This document shows, in pieces, positions 41,583 through 51,838 of a stretch of 64,000 nucleotides of DNA. Below the pieces are notes generated by a model, which saw only the letters and a program-made list of their open reading frames with translations, was not told the DNA's origin and did no database searches. Source of the DNA: Desulfobacteraceae bacterium (lineage in GTDB: Bacteria; Desulfobacterota; Desulfobacteria; Desulfobacterales; RPRI01); assembly GCA_003818505.1 (NCBI GenBank), contig RPRI01000025.1, positions 3,072-67,071 on the forward strand, given 5' to 3'. The first letter of the stretch is position 1. Every line of letters starts with the position of its first letter. A program made the position numbers and the translations under genes.

Positions 41583-41614
41583 TTTTATATTATTAAATGA
41601 TTTAAGGATTCAAG

Positions 41615-41656
41615 GATTGAAGATTCCTCGCAGCAAACTACGGGGAATCTTCAATC
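41615..41656. repeat. REP-like hairpin, copy 1 of 3
   Basis: GATTGAAGATTCCTCGCAG-CAAA-CTACGGGGAATCTTCAATC; related to 51189-51219 and 51646-51668. Confidence 0.6.
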
Positions 41657-41848
41657 GTTTGTTTCCGTCTCTTTGTCCTTTCCGGATATCACGTTACGAT
41701 TATTCTTGACATAACATCATTTTAAAATTATTTTCAAGATTTTAAATTAATTAAACACAGATCTTTGCACAACATATCCTTTTGGGCTGGCATACTTAAT
41801 GCCGTCCCTTTAGCCAGGCGTTATGCAAAGATCTTAAACGGTATATTC

Positions 41849-43180
41849 ATGTTTGAAAATTTAAGTGAAAAATTAAATAATATATTCAGACAGCTCAAAG
41901 GTCACGGTAAATTAACCGAAAAGAATATCGAAGAGGGCATGAAAGAAGTCAGGATGGCCCTTCTAGAAGCCGATGTTCATTATAAAGTTGTAAAGAAGTT
42001 TGTCGCGGATATAAAAGAACGTGCTCTCGGTCATGAAGTAATGTCCAGCCTGACCCCGGGCCATCAGGTCATTAAAATTGTTAATGATGAACTGACCCGG
42101 CTTATGGGATCGAAGCATCAGGACATAGATCTATCCGGACCGGTACCTGCGTCTGTTATGCTTGTAGGACTCCAAGGTTCAGGTAAAACCACAACGGCGG
42201 GAAAACTCGCAATTATTTTAAGGCAAAGAGGCAAAAAGCCGTTTCTTGTTCCGGCAGATGTTTATCGCCCTGCCGCCATAGACCAGTTGAAAAAGCTTGC
42301 GGAGCAGATAAGTGTTCCTGTTTTTGCGTCAACTACGGATTTGGATCCTGTTGATATCTGCGTTAGAGCAAGAATCGCCGCACTGAAGCAAGGCTGCGAC
42401 ACCCTCATTCTTGATACAGCCGGACGTCTGCATATCAATGAAGAGCTTATGGCGGAACTTGGCCGTATAAAGGATTCGGTTAAACCTTCCGATATCCTTC
42501 TTGTGGCAGATTCGATGACGGGTCAGGATGCCGTTAACATAGCAAAATCATTCGATGACGCTCTTAATATAGGCGGTGTTGTTCTTACAAAGATGGACGG
42601 AGATGCAAGGGGCGGAGCCGCTTTGTCCATCAAGGCGATAATCGACAAACCGATAAAATTTATCGGGGTAGGAGAAAAACTCAGCGCACTTGAGTCATTC
42701 CATCCGGATAGGATGTCTTCAAGAATTCTTGGAATGGGTGATGTTCTTACTTTTATAGAAAAAACCCAGTCTGTAGTTGATGAGAAAAAAGCAGTTGAGC
42801 TTGAAAAAAAGCTTAGAAAAAGTCAGTTTACGCTGGAAGATTTTCGCGACCAGATGGTACAGATACGCAAAATGGGATCAATCACGGATCTTCTTGGCAT
42901 GATTCCGGGATTGGGCAACAATAAACAGCTTAAAAATCTCAAGGTTGACGAAACGGAACTGGTAAAAATCGAGGCAATAATCAATTCAATGACTCCCGGG
43001 GAACGGAGGCAATATACCATAATAAACGGCAACCGCAGGAAAAGGATTGCCATGGGTAGCGGAACTAGCGTACAGGATATAAACAGGCTTTTAAAAAATT
43101 ATGCACAAGCTATGAAATTAATGAAACAAATAAATAAAGGTGGCATGCGCGGCATCAACCGTGGAATGTTGCCGTTTTAA
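41849..43180 (+). CDS. ffh: Signal recognition particle protein
   Basis: MFENLSEKL, GLQGSGKTT, DTAGR, TKMDG, M domain. Confidence 0.97.
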   Translation: MFENLSEKLNNIFRQLKGHGKLTEKNIEEGMKEVRMALLEADVHYKVVKKFVADIKERALGHEVMSSLTPGHQVIKIVNDELTRLMGSKHQDIDLSGPVPASVMLVGLQGSGKTTTAGKLAIILRQRGKKPFLVPADVYRPAAIDQLKKLAEQISVPVFASTTDLDPVDICVRARIAALKQGCDTLILDTAGRLHINEELMAELGRIKDSVKPSDILLVADSMTGQDAVNIAKSFDDALNIGGVVLTKMDGDARGGAALSIKAIIDKPIKFIGVGEKLSALESFHPDRMSSRILGMGDVLTFIEKTQSVVDEKKAVELEKKLRKSQFTLEDFRDQMVQIRKMGSITDLLGMIPGLGNNKQLKNLKVDETELVKIEAIINSMTPGERRQYTIINGNRRKRIAMGSGTSVQDINRLLKNYAQAMKLMKQINKGGMRGINRGMLPF

Positions 43181-43195
43181 AGGAGAAACTAAAAG

Positions 43196-43435
43196 ATGGC
43201 GGTTAAAATCAGGTTGGCAAGGCATGGGGCAAAGAAAAACCCGTTCTATAGAATTGTTATTGCCGATTCGGAAAGCCCGAGGGATGGAAGATATCTTGAA
43301 GCGGTAGGCACATATGATCCGGTTGCAAACCCAGCAAAGGTTGCGCTCAAGGGTGAGCGTATAAAATACTGGATGGATCAGGGCGCCAGGCCAACAGATA
43401 CGGTTAAAAATCTTTTGAAAAAAGAAGGCATTTAA
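43196..43435 (+). CDS. rpsP: 30S ribosomal protein S16
   Basis: [21 protein letters not shown]. Confidence 0.98.
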   Translation: MAVKIRLARHGAKKNPFYRIVIADSESPRDGRYLEAVGTYDPVANPAKVALKGERIKYWMDQGARPTDTVKNLLKKEGI

Positions 43436-43508
43436 GATAATCTAGGGATATATATTTTTTTATCCACCCTCATCCTCAACTGCAACTGCAAGCAAAGGAG
43501 ATGGAGCC

Positions 43509-43739
43509 ATGAAAGAGCTGATCTATTACATTGCGCAGGCCTTGGTTGACAATCCTGAACAGGTAACTGTTTCAGAAGTAGAGGGAAATCAAACCTCTGT
43601 TCTGGAACTTAAAGTGGCCAAAGAGGATCTGGGAAAAGTCATAGGCAAACAAGGCCGGACTGCAAGAGCAATGCGAACAATATTAAGCGCGGCTTCCGCC
43701 AAGGTAAAAAAACGAACTGTCCTGGAAATAATTGAATAA
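43509..43739 (+). CDS. khpA: KH-domain RNA-binding protein
   Basis: [13 protein letters not shown]; rpsP-khpA-rimM synteny. Confidence 0.93.
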   Translation: MKELIYYIAQALVDNPEQVTVSEVEGNQTSVLELKVAKEDLGKVIGKQGRTARAMRTILSAASAKVKKRTVLEIIE

Positions 43740-44259
43740 TCCGTTGATTAATAATGGTTTTATTTCAATTGGAAAGATCGCAGGGACACACGGGATTAAG
43801 GGTACCGTAAAAGTTTATTCCTATGCAGAGTCATTCTCTGTTTTTAAGACAGGAATCACGATTCTTGTAAAAAATCCGAATGACGAAACAGTTAAAGATT
43901 ATAGTGTGAAATGGTCTGCGCCGCATTCCCGTTTTGTCCTTTTATTGCTTGAAGGAATAGACTCGCGGGTTTTGGCGGATAATTTGAAAGGATCTGAACT
44001 TTTTATCAAAAAGGCGGATCTTCCTCAACTTGACGATGATACTTATTACTGGATCGACATAATAGGTCTTTCAGTTTATGCCTCGGACGATAAATATATC
44101 GGGCGTGTCGAATCCATAATTCAGACTGGCGCCAATGACATATACGTTGTAAAAGACAAAGAAAATAAAGAAGTCCTGATACCGGCAATCGAATCTGTTG
44201 TTTTGAATATTGATATTGTTGAAAAAAAAATGAAAGTCAATTTACCTGAAGGCTTGTAA
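43732..44259 (+). CDS. rimM: Ribosome maturation factor RimM
   Basis: [22 protein letters not shown]; start uncertain. Confidence 0.93.
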   Translation: MNNPLINNGFISIGKIAGTHGIKGTVKVYSYAESFSVFKTGITILVKNPNDETVKDYSVKWSAPHSRFVLLLLEGIDSRVLADNLKGSELFIKKADLPQLDDDTYYWIDIIGLSVYASDDKYIGRVESIIQTGANDIYVVKDKENKEVLIPAIESVVLNIDIVEKKMKVNLPEGL

Positions 44260-44269
44260 CGGCTCCCGG

Positions 44270-45055
44270 ATGAAATTTGCAGTCCTTACCATTTTTCCGG
44301 AAATGTTCGATTCATTCTGGACATATGGAATAATAAAAAAGGCGATAGCTGAAAATCATATTTCAGTATCAACTGTCAATATAAGGGATTTTGCCGAAGG
44401 CAGGCATAAAACAACAGATGACAGGCCTTTCGGGGGCGGATGCGGCATGGTTATGAAACCTGAACCGCTTGCAAACGCTATCCGGATGGCAAAAGAACTG
44501 ATCCCGGATTCAAGAACGGTTCTGTTAAGCCCTCAGGGAAAAGTTTTTGATCAGAAATCCGCTCAGGAATTTGCAGAATCGGAAGGATTGATTTTTGTTT
44601 GTGGCAGGTATGAAGGAATCGATGAACGAATATGCAGTGATTTCATCGACGAAGAAATATCTTTAGGGGATTATGTAATGACAGGCGGTGAACTCGGAGC
44701 AATGGTAGTCATCGAAGCTGTAACCAGACTGATTCCCGGAGTTCTCGGAAGCGCAGACTCGGCCATGCAGGATTCTTTTTCCGGCAGCCTTCTTGATTTT
44801 GGCCATTATACAAGACCGAGAGATTTTGAAGGATCGAAAGTTCCCGATATACTGACCTCCGGCAATCATAAGGATATTGAAAAGTATAGGCTTGAGGCTT
44901 CAATGATTCGCACATTCTTAAAGAGGCCGGATCTTCTTGAAAACAGAGCTCTTTCAAAAAAAGAAATTGAGATACTGAAAAAATGGTGCCGCGATATTGA
45001 GAAAATTATTGAAACCCAATCTTTACGTGGCTCTGGTACATTATCCGGTAATTAA
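44270..45055 (+). CDS. trmD: tRNA m1G37 methyltransferase
   Basis: DDRPFGGG, CGRYEGIDER, SLGDYVMTGGE. Confidence 0.96.
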   Translation: MKFAVLTIFPEMFDSFWTYGIIKKAIAENHISVSTVNIRDFAEGRHKTTDDRPFGGGCGMVMKPEPLANAIRMAKELIPDSRTVLLSPQGKVFDQKSAQEFAESEGLIFVCGRYEGIDERICSDFIDEEISLGDYVMTGGELGAMVVIEAVTRLIPGVLGSADSAMQDSFSGSLLDFGHYTRPRDFEGSKVPDILTSGNHKDIEKYRLEASMIRTFLKRPDLLENRALSKKEIEILKKWCRDIEKIIETQSLRGSGTLSGN

Positions 45056-45566
45056 TAAATCCGGAAACATTATAACCTCTGCCGTAACAAACCTCGACCT
45101 GCACGACATGGCAAGGGTATCAAAAACTTACGGGGTAAAAAAATTTTATGTGGTTACACCGCTTGAAGACCAGAAAGAGCTCACCCGGGAAATTATTTCT
45201 CACTGGACAAGCGGAATAGGATCAGTTCTGAACTCTGACAGGCGGCAGGCTCTTGAACTTATATGCATAAAGGACTCTGTAGATGCTGTCCTGGATGATA
45301 TAAGCACTGATGGCAAGGGTTATCCGAAGACGGTTGTAACAAGCGCAAAGGATAGTCCTGGTTTCATTACATATCCGGAATTAAGGGGAATGCTTGAAGA
45401 CTCTAACCCTTATCTTCTTATTTTCGGAACCGGATGGGGACTTGCCGAAGAAATAGTTTTAAAAGCAGATTATATGCTTGAACCGGTTAGAGGCAATACC
45501 GATTATAACCATCTTTCGGTAAGATCAGCCTGTTCAATTATCCTGGACCGACTTATTAGTAAGTAA
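44997..45566 (+). CDS. SPOUT RNA methyltransferase overlapping the trmD 3' end
   Basis: ALVHYPV, TNLDLHD, FGTGWGL, YNHLSVRSA; start uncertain. Confidence 0.85.
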   Translation: MRKLLKPNLYVALVHYPVINKSGNIITSAVTNLDLHDMARVSKTYGVKKFYVVTPLEDQKELTREIISHWTSGIGSVLNSDRRQALELICIKDSVDAVLDDISTDGKGYPKTVVTSAKDSPGFITYPELRGMLEDSNPYLLIFGTGWGLAEEIVLKADYMLEPVRGNTDYNHLSVRSACSIILDRLISK

Positions 45567-45851
45567 TAGATTATTTTCTGTGTTTTTCTACCCCTCAAGG
45601 GGGTACCGAAAAGAGTGGCGGGAAATAATCTCGTAAACCTGTTTATCCTGTTTATCGGAGTAAGGGGTTGAAAAAAACATAAATTTCTGCCAGAAGGATT
45701 TTTAGTCTTACCGGCTGATACAGCTTAATAAGAATATCAGCCTGAGATTAGAGATAATCAGTTAGCTACCATCGGCTGAAGCTGATGGCTTGAGGGGTTT
45801 CCCCAAAATCCCCGAGAGGGACAATAAATTTAATTAGTTAGGAGATTATAA

Positions 45852-46193
45852 ATGGACCCGTTAAAGCAGTTGGAACTTGAAACCATGAGGCTTGATCATC
45901 CTGAATTTACTACAGGTGATACGATTAAAGTATATGTCAAAATACGAGAGGGTGAAAAGGAGCGTATCCAGGCTTTTGAAGGAGTTGTTATCGGCAGACA
46001 CAATGGAACATCCAATTCTACCTTTACCGTAAGAAAAGTTTCTTATGGTGTAGGAGTTGAACGTGTTTTCCCTCTTCATTCACCGGTTATTGACAGGATT
46101 GAAGTTCAAAGCCACGGCCGTGTCAGGCGCGCTAAAATTTATTACCTGCGCAACCTGAGAGGCAAAGCCTCAAGATTAAAAGAGCGCCGTTAG
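45852..46193 (+). CDS. rplS: 50S ribosomal protein L19
   Basis: [26 protein letters not shown]. Confidence 0.98.
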   Translation: MDPLKQLELETMRLDHPEFTTGDTIKVYVKIREGEKERIQAFEGVVIGRHNGTSNSTFTVRKVSYGVGVERVFPLHSPVIDRIEVQSHGRVRRAKIYYLRNLRGKASRLKERR

Positions 46194-46293
46194 AATAACG
46201 ACTGCTATTTATCCCAAAGCGCAAATCCTAAAAGAAGAAATATTTCCCGGCTTTGCGGCTTTATGTAAAAATATTCGCAATAAAAGCTGATCC

Positions 46294-46902
46294 ATGGAAA
46301 ATGACCTGTTGGCATATGAAATGGACGCCTGTGAAAAAGGCTATGCGAAGATAGCGGGCATAGATGAGGCCGGCAGGGGGCCTATTGCCGGCCCGGTTGT
46401 TTCAGCAGCGGTAATTATTCCGCTATCATCATATATAGAAGGTGTTACAGATTCAAAGCAGCTGACACCGAAGAAACGTGATCTGCTGTACAAAAAAATA
46501 TATGAACATGCCGTTTCCGTCGGTATAGGAATAGTGGATCCGGCAGAAATTGAGCGTATAAATATTCTTAAAGCATCGCTCCTTTCCATGTCAATGGCAG
46601 TTCAAAACCTTTTACCGCAACCCGATTTTCTTCTTATTGACGGAATTTTTCAAATCCCCTATGCTCTCCCGCAGAGAGCTGTCCCGCATGGCGACTCTCT
46701 CAGCTTATCTGTTGCAGCAGCTTCAATTATTGCAAAGGTTACACGGGACAGACTCATGGAAAAGTATCATTACGAATACCCCGAATACGGATTTGATAAA
46801 CACAAAGGATACCCAACTAAAAAACATAAAGAAGCGGTCCGCAGATTCGGATGCTGCCCGATTCACAGGAAAAACTTTAAGGGAGTTAGAGAGACTTTGT
46901 AA
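46294..46902 (+). CDS. rnhB: Ribonuclease HII
   Basis: GIDEAGRGP, DSKQL, AAASIIAKV, HKGYPT. Confidence 0.96.
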   Translation: MENDLLAYEMDACEKGYAKIAGIDEAGRGPIAGPVVSAAVIIPLSSYIEGVTDSKQLTPKKRDLLYKKIYEHAVSVGIGIVDPAEIERINILKASLLSMSMAVQNLLPQPDFLLIDGIFQIPYALPQRAVPHGDSLSLSVAAASIIAKVTRDRLMEKYHYEYPEYGFDKHKGYPTKKHKEAVRRFGCCPIHRKNFKGVRETL

Positions 46903-46954
46903 ATAATAACTATTCAGGAGACAGGATACAGAATTCAGAAGCCGGAATAAAGGG

Positions 46955-47063
46955 ATGCCAACTAAAGATTTTCAAGACATATGGGCTGACTTCCCAAACC
47001 AGGAGAGTTGTGATTTCTATTCCGGCTGATATAGTTGAAACATATATACCGCTTTTATTCTGA
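46955..47063 (+). pseudogene. Internally deleted four-helix-bundle (23S-rRNA-IVP/TIGR02436-like) gene remnant between inverted heptamer arms
   Basis: ATG 46955 gives MPTKDFQD; a shifted frame from 46980 gives YGLTSQTRRVVISIPADIVE, resembling the family motif YGLTSQxRRAAVSIPANIAEG. Confidence 0.7.
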
Positions 47064-47169
47064 CTCCTGACTTCTGACTCCTGAATAGTTACTATAAACC
47101 CATACCTTGACCCGGTTTAAGACCTTAAGATACACAAAGGTCATGTCCAGCCCCGGAGGAGTGTAGTAT

Positions 47170-47541
47170 ATGCCCTCAAAAGACCAGCAATTCGGAAAAG
47201 AAAGCGAATCAACGGCTGCGAGGTATCTTAAAAAGAAGGGATACAAGATTATTGAACAGAATTACAGGACAAAGCTTGGAGAAATCGACATAATTGCAAA
47301 GGAAAAAAACACCATAGTCTTTGTCGAAGTAAAATCGAGGAAATCAGCCAGCTACGGAAATCCAAAATATGCTGTAACCCCGAAAAAAATGAGGAAGATA
47401 TCTATGGTTGCTCTCTATTTTTTAAAAGTTACCAATCAGAGCAGTTCAAAAGCAAGATTTGATGTGGTTTCCATAAGCCACGGAGGGGAAGATCCTCAAA
47501 TCGAGATTATAAAAAATGCCTTCGACCTCGCCTACAAATGA
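47170..47541 (+). CDS. yraN: YraN/UPF0102 family protein
   Basis: GEIDIIA, VFVEVK, RFDVV. Confidence 0.92.
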   Translation: MPSKDQQFGKESESTAARYLKKKGYKIIEQNYRTKLGEIDIIAKEKNTIVFVEVKSRKSASYGNPKYAVTPKKMRKISMVALYFLKVTNQSSSKARFDVVSISHGGEDPQIEIIKNAFDLAYK

Positions 47542-48400
47542 TGCCGGATTAAATGCCGCACCCGGAACTCTCTACGTAGTTGCGACTCCGATAGGAAACA
47601 GGGATGATATTACCTTAAGAGCCTTATCGGTTTTAAAAGAGGCCGATCTTATCGCAGCGGAAGACACACGCCATACGGGAAAATTTTTATCCCTGCACAA
47701 TATCAAGGGGCATTTAATATCATATCACGAATATAATGAAAGAGAGAGAACTCCAGGCCTCGTCAACAGGCTTAAAAACGGATTATCAATAGCTCTTGTA
47801 TCAAATGCCGGAACCCCTGTCGTTTCCGACCCCGGATATCGCCTGATAAAAGAAGCCATTGCAGCCGGAATAAACATAGTACCCGTTCCCGGAGTATCTG
47901 CTGCTGTTGCCGCCATATCTGTATCGGGTCTTGCGACGGATTCATTTATCTTTATCGGCTTCTGTCCCAAAAAAAAGGAAAAGCGCCTCGATTTGCTCAG
48001 AGACCTGCATAAAGAAAAAAGAACGGTTATATTTTACGAATCACCAAGGAGAATCCTGCGGCTTATTGAAGAAATTAAATCAGTAATGGGTGAAAGAGAT
48101 TCAGTTCTATCCCGAGAGATAACGAAGCTGCATGAAGAATTTATCAGAGGAACTCTGTCTGAAATCATAACTGTTTTAAAACAGCGTTCAGAAATAAAAG
48201 GCGAGTGCACGCTTCTAGTATCAGGCTTTGAAGAAATAGAGATTTCTTCTCCGGACTTAGTCACCAAGGACTTGAAGGCAAGCATACATTCAAATGAAAA
48301 ACCCCTGTCTGTTCTTGCAAAAGAAACAGCAAAAAAATTCGGCCTCTCCAGAAAACGGGTATACGAAGAGGCTTTGAGGATAAAAAATGAGCAATCTTGA
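47516..48400 (+). CDS. rsmI: 16S rRNA Cm1402 methyltransferase
   Basis: LYVVATPIGN, AEDTR, SDPG, FYESPRR, REITKLHEE. Confidence 0.95.
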   Translation: MPSTSPTNDAGLNAAPGTLYVVATPIGNRDDITLRALSVLKEADLIAAEDTRHTGKFLSLHNIKGHLISYHEYNERERTPGLVNRLKNGLSIALVSNAGTPVVSDPGYRLIKEAIAAGINIVPVPGVSAAVAAISVSGLATDSFIFIGFCPKKKEKRLDLLRDLHKEKRTVIFYESPRRILRLIEEIKSVMGERDSVLSREITKLHEEFIRGTLSEIITVLKQRSEIKGECTLLVSGFEEIEISSPDLVTKDLKASIHSNEKPLSVLAKETAKKFGLSRKRVYEEALRIKNEQS

Positions 48401-50543
48401 TCCAATTTTTTCACCAAAATCGGTAGCTGTTGTCGGCGCCTCCACAACACCGGGCAAAGTGGGACACGATATTTTCGCAAATATTTTAAAAGGAGGATAT
48501 ACCGGAACACTTTATCCCGTAAACCCTTCGGCAAAATCGATTTTAAGCGTAAGGGCTTACCCGGGCTTGACTGAAATACCTGACGACATAGACCTTGCAA
48601 TGATAATTTTGCCCCCGGCTGCGGCGGTTAAAGCGGTTCACGAGGCGGTTGAAAAAAAGGTTAAAGGCATTGTAATCGTCTCTGCCGGTTTCCGTGAAGT
48701 TGGCAAGCACGGGCTTGAAATCGAGAATGAAATCGTTTCGGTTTGCCGTAAAGCCGGGATCAGAGTTGTAGGCCCCAACTGTCTTGGCGTAATCAACCCC
48801 AACCCTCTGGTCGGTCTTAATGCCAGTTTTTCGGCGCGCATGCCTAAATTCGGAAATATATCATTCATTTCTCAGAGCGGCGCACTTTGCACCGCGGTGC
48901 TCGATTTTGCCGCGGACAGGGATTTCGGTTTCTCAAAGTTCATTTCAATAGGAAACAAGGCTGATGTTGATGAACTTGATCTTCTTGAATACCTGCACCA
49001 GGATGCGGAGACCGAGGTAATAATGATTTACCTTGAAGAGCTCCGCCGCGGACCCGAATTCATTGATGCTGTTAACAAAATAACTTCGGGAGATTTCAGG
49101 CCTACACCGGTCATAGCTATAAAATCGGGCCGAACAGGCGCAGGCGCTCTGGCCGCCGCATCCCATACAGGTGCCCTGGCCGGCACGGAAGCGGTATATG
49201 ACGCTATTTTCAGGCAGTCGGGCATAATCCGTGCAGAATCAATCGACGAGCTCTTTGATTTTGCAAGTGCTTTTGCCTATAAAAATGAAAATGAGGTCGG
49301 AAAACTCAGAAGGAAGGTTCCGACAGGCAACAGGGTTGCCATTGTCACAAATGCAGGCGGTCCGGGTATCGTTGCAACCGACATGACGGTTTCATCCGGC
49401 TTGGTGCTTGCGAAATTTTCTGAAGAAACGGTTGAGGCGCTTACAAGTCATCTCCCTACGACGGCCAATGTCCACAACCCTGTAGACATTATAGGTGACG
49501 CAGCCCAGGACAGATATGAAAACGCGCTCGCTGCCGTGATAAGGGATGAGGGTGTCGATGGAGCTCTTGTCATACTTACCCCTCAATCAATGACAAACGC
49601 CCTCGGCACTGCCGAAGCTATCGCAAGAATCGCAAGGCGTTCCAGCAAGCCGGTTCTCTGCTGCTTCATGGGCATTTTTGACGTATCCGCGGGAGTAAAA
49701 TACTTACAGGAACATGGAATCCCGGTTTTCAGATTTCCTGAAAACGCCGCCAAATCACTTGGAGCTCTCTATCAATATTCAACATGGCTTAACCGGCAGC
49801 AGCTGGCGCCATATAACCTCAAACACAACAAGGAATGTGCGGCTGCAATCATTAAGAACTGTATTGCCGAAGGCAAATTTAAACTGGGAGAGATTGAAGG
49901 AGGGAAGCTGCTGGAATGCTACGGATTTAAGGTTCTTACTGCCGGACTTGCAAAAACAAGGGATGAAGCCGCAGAAATTGCCGAAAAACTTGCCTTCCCT
50001 GTTGCAATGAAGATTGTTTCTCCTCAGATTCTTCACAAATCTGATGCTGGCGGAGTGGCTCTCGGGATCGGGGACAGGGAAAATGTGTTGAAAATATTCG
50101 ATGAGCTGATCAAAAGGGCTATTAAGTTCGACCCCAAAGCCGAAATCAAAGGAGTCCTGATTCAAAAAATGGCTAAAAAAGGCGAGGAAGCCATTCTTGG
50201 AATGAACAGGTACCCGATATTTGGCCCGTTGCTGATGTTCGGACTAGGCGGAATATTTGTCGAGCTTTTCCAGGATGTAGTGTTCCGCCTTGCTCCTGTG
50301 GGCAGAAACTCCGCGCGCAGGATGGTTCGGAGTATAAAAGGACACAAACTTTTCAGGGGATTCAGGGGAAGACCGGTCTGCGATATTGAATCTCTAGAAA
50401 AAGCCATTGTCAGCCTTTCGGACATGTGCCTGAATCACCCTGAAATACTGGAAATGGATATAAACCCTCTTCTTGCCCATGAACAAGGCTCAACGGTGGC
50501 CGATTGCAGGATAATTTTAAGTGAAGCAGACGATAAAAAATAA
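48387..50543 (+). CDS. ADP-forming acetate/acyl-CoA synthetase (fused alpha-beta)
   Basis: VAVVGAS, GPNCLG, SQSGA, SHTG phospho-His, HKSDAGGV ATP-grasp, DINPL; no GNAT domain. Confidence 0.88.
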   Translation: MSNLDPIFSPKSVAVVGASTTPGKVGHDIFANILKGGYTGTLYPVNPSAKSILSVRAYPGLTEIPDDIDLAMIILPPAAAVKAVHEAVEKKVKGIVIVSAGFREVGKHGLEIENEIVSVCRKAGIRVVGPNCLGVINPNPLVGLNASFSARMPKFGNISFISQSGALCTAVLDFAADRDFGFSKFISIGNKADVDELDLLEYLHQDAETEVIMIYLEELRRGPEFIDAVNKITSGDFRPTPVIAIKSGRTGAGALAAASHTGALAGTEAVYDAIFRQSGIIRAESIDELFDFASAFAYKNENEVGKLRRKVPTGNRVAIVTNAGGPGIVATDMTVSSGLVLAKFSEETVEALTSHLPTTANVHNPVDIIGDAAQDRYENALAAVIRDEGVDGALVILTPQSMTNALGTAEAIARIARRSSKPVLCCFMGIFDVSAGVKYLQEHGIPVFRFPENAAKSLGALYQYSTWLNRQQLAPYNLKHNKECAAAIIKNCIAEGKFKLGEIEGGKLLECYGFKVLTAGLAKTRDEAAEIAEKLAFPVAMKIVSPQILHKSDAGGVALGIGDRENVLKIFDELIKRAIKFDPKAEIKGVLIQKMAKKGEEAILGMNRYPIFGPLLMFGLGGIFVELFQDVVFRLAPVGRNSARRMVRSIKGHKLFRGFRGRPVCDIESLEKAIVSLSDMCLNHPEILEMDINPLLAHEQGSTVADCRIILSEADDKK

Positions 50544-51129
50544 AGTTTTATTTCCGGTCATTCTTGAAGTGCCTGAATATGAAAAAAATCTTAAAGGAAG
50601 AAAGAAGGTTGAAGCATTAAGCGCCCTTGCAAGAGTTGCGCTCGAAATTTCTTCCGTCAAAAGCGGAGTCAATCTTGGCTGTATAAAAAAAAATGAGGAT
50701 GGTGTACCTGTCCCTTTTGACGGCAATTTCTGGTCCGTCACTCATAAAACCGAATATGTGGGGGGAGTAATTGCGCAGATGGAAACAGGCATTGATATTG
50801 AAAAAATCAAGCCCTGCTCAAAGGCCCTATGCAACAAAATTGCCGGGCCTCAGGAATGGGCCCTTTCGGATTCGGACAGAGAGATTCTTTTTTTCCGTTT
50901 CTGGACTTCCAAAGAAGCCGTATTAAAGGCAGCAGGGACAGGAATAAGCGGCCTTTCGGGATGCCGCATTGAAAAGATATTATGCGATAATTCCCTTATC
51001 GTAAATTTTAATAACAAAATATGGGAAATAAAGCACTATTTGTTCAGCGACCACATTGCGTCCGTTGTAGCCAATGGCTTTGATATTGAATGGACTCTTG
51101 TGAACCGAAACAGCATCCTTGCTGTGTAG
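50521..51129 (+). CDS. Sfp-type 4'-phosphopantetheinyl transferase
   Basis: SVTH, GIDIE, FWTSKEAVLKA. Confidence 0.85.
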   Translation: MKQTIKNKVLFPVILEVPEYEKNLKGRKKVEALSALARVALEISSVKSGVNLGCIKKNEDGVPVPFDGNFWSVTHKTEYVGGVIAQMETGIDIEKIKPCSKALCNKIAGPQEWALSDSDREILFFRFWTSKEAVLKAAGTGISGLSGCRIEKILCDNSLIVNFNNKIWEIKHYLFSDHIASVVANGFDIEWTLVNRNSILAV

Positions 51130-51242
51130 GGTAAAACATGTACCCGGTTTGTTTTGTAAACTGTGTTACCAGTTTGTACCCGAACGCATTCCCAGCAGCT
51201 TGCTGCTGGGAGCTTCAATGGGTTTTAACCCGATATTGAGTC

Positions 51243-51629
51243 ATGAAAAAACTTACCCTCACACTTCTTAAAGAGCTGCTTGCAGTCAGCCGGTTAAGCC
51301 CGGAAGAAGGAATACCGGACTGGGCTTTAAAATCTCCCTTCCTGTCAGTCACGAGAGCAGGAGATGAGCTTTCCTTAGTAACAATTGCAGGTATTGTTCC
51401 CGCCGGTATATTGTCCGAAAATGGATGGCGGTGCATCAAAATCAAAGGGCCTTTAAACTTTTCAGAAACAGGAATTCTATCACTTCTTATTTATCCTCTT
51501 GCCGGAAGCAAAATACCCGTGTTTGTTATTTCAACATATGAAACCGATTACATCATGATAAAGAAAGAAAATCTCTCCGCCGTAATCAGCATTTTTTCAA
51601 AAGAAGGACATATTGTTGAAACGCAATAG
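51243..51629 (+). CDS. Stand-alone ACT-domain protein
   Basis: DELSLV, GPLNFSETGIL, ISTYETDYI. Confidence 0.85.
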   Translation: MKKLTLTLLKELLAVSRLSPEEGIPDWALKSPFLSVTRAGDELSLVTIAGIVPAGILSENGWRCIKIKGPLNFSETGILSLLIYPLAGSKIPVFVISTYETDYIMIKKENLSAVISIFSKEGHIVETQ

Positions 51630-51838
51630 CGAGAGCATTCATAAAAGCTTGCTGCGGGAAACTTCAATACGTTTGAGTCATCTTTCTTGACACGCAAGAC
51701 ACCTTTCACTTATAGTCGTGCTCCAAATTCAGAAGAGTTTACAAAAGCTTCAGGATTTTGTTTCTTACCGGAAGGATTGCTGCAGGCTGGATTATATTAC
51801 AAAAATTATGATTATCGAATAGTTGAAGGAGAGCTTTA

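Noticed and set aside
46200-46270. Possible CGCAAAG/CTTTGCG arm pair between rplS and rnhB
   Set aside because: Too degenerate to call with confidence.
46907-47091. Integron attC site
   Set aside because: Ends only loosely resemble RYYYAAC/GTTRRRY, and there is no integrase or cassette array in the window.
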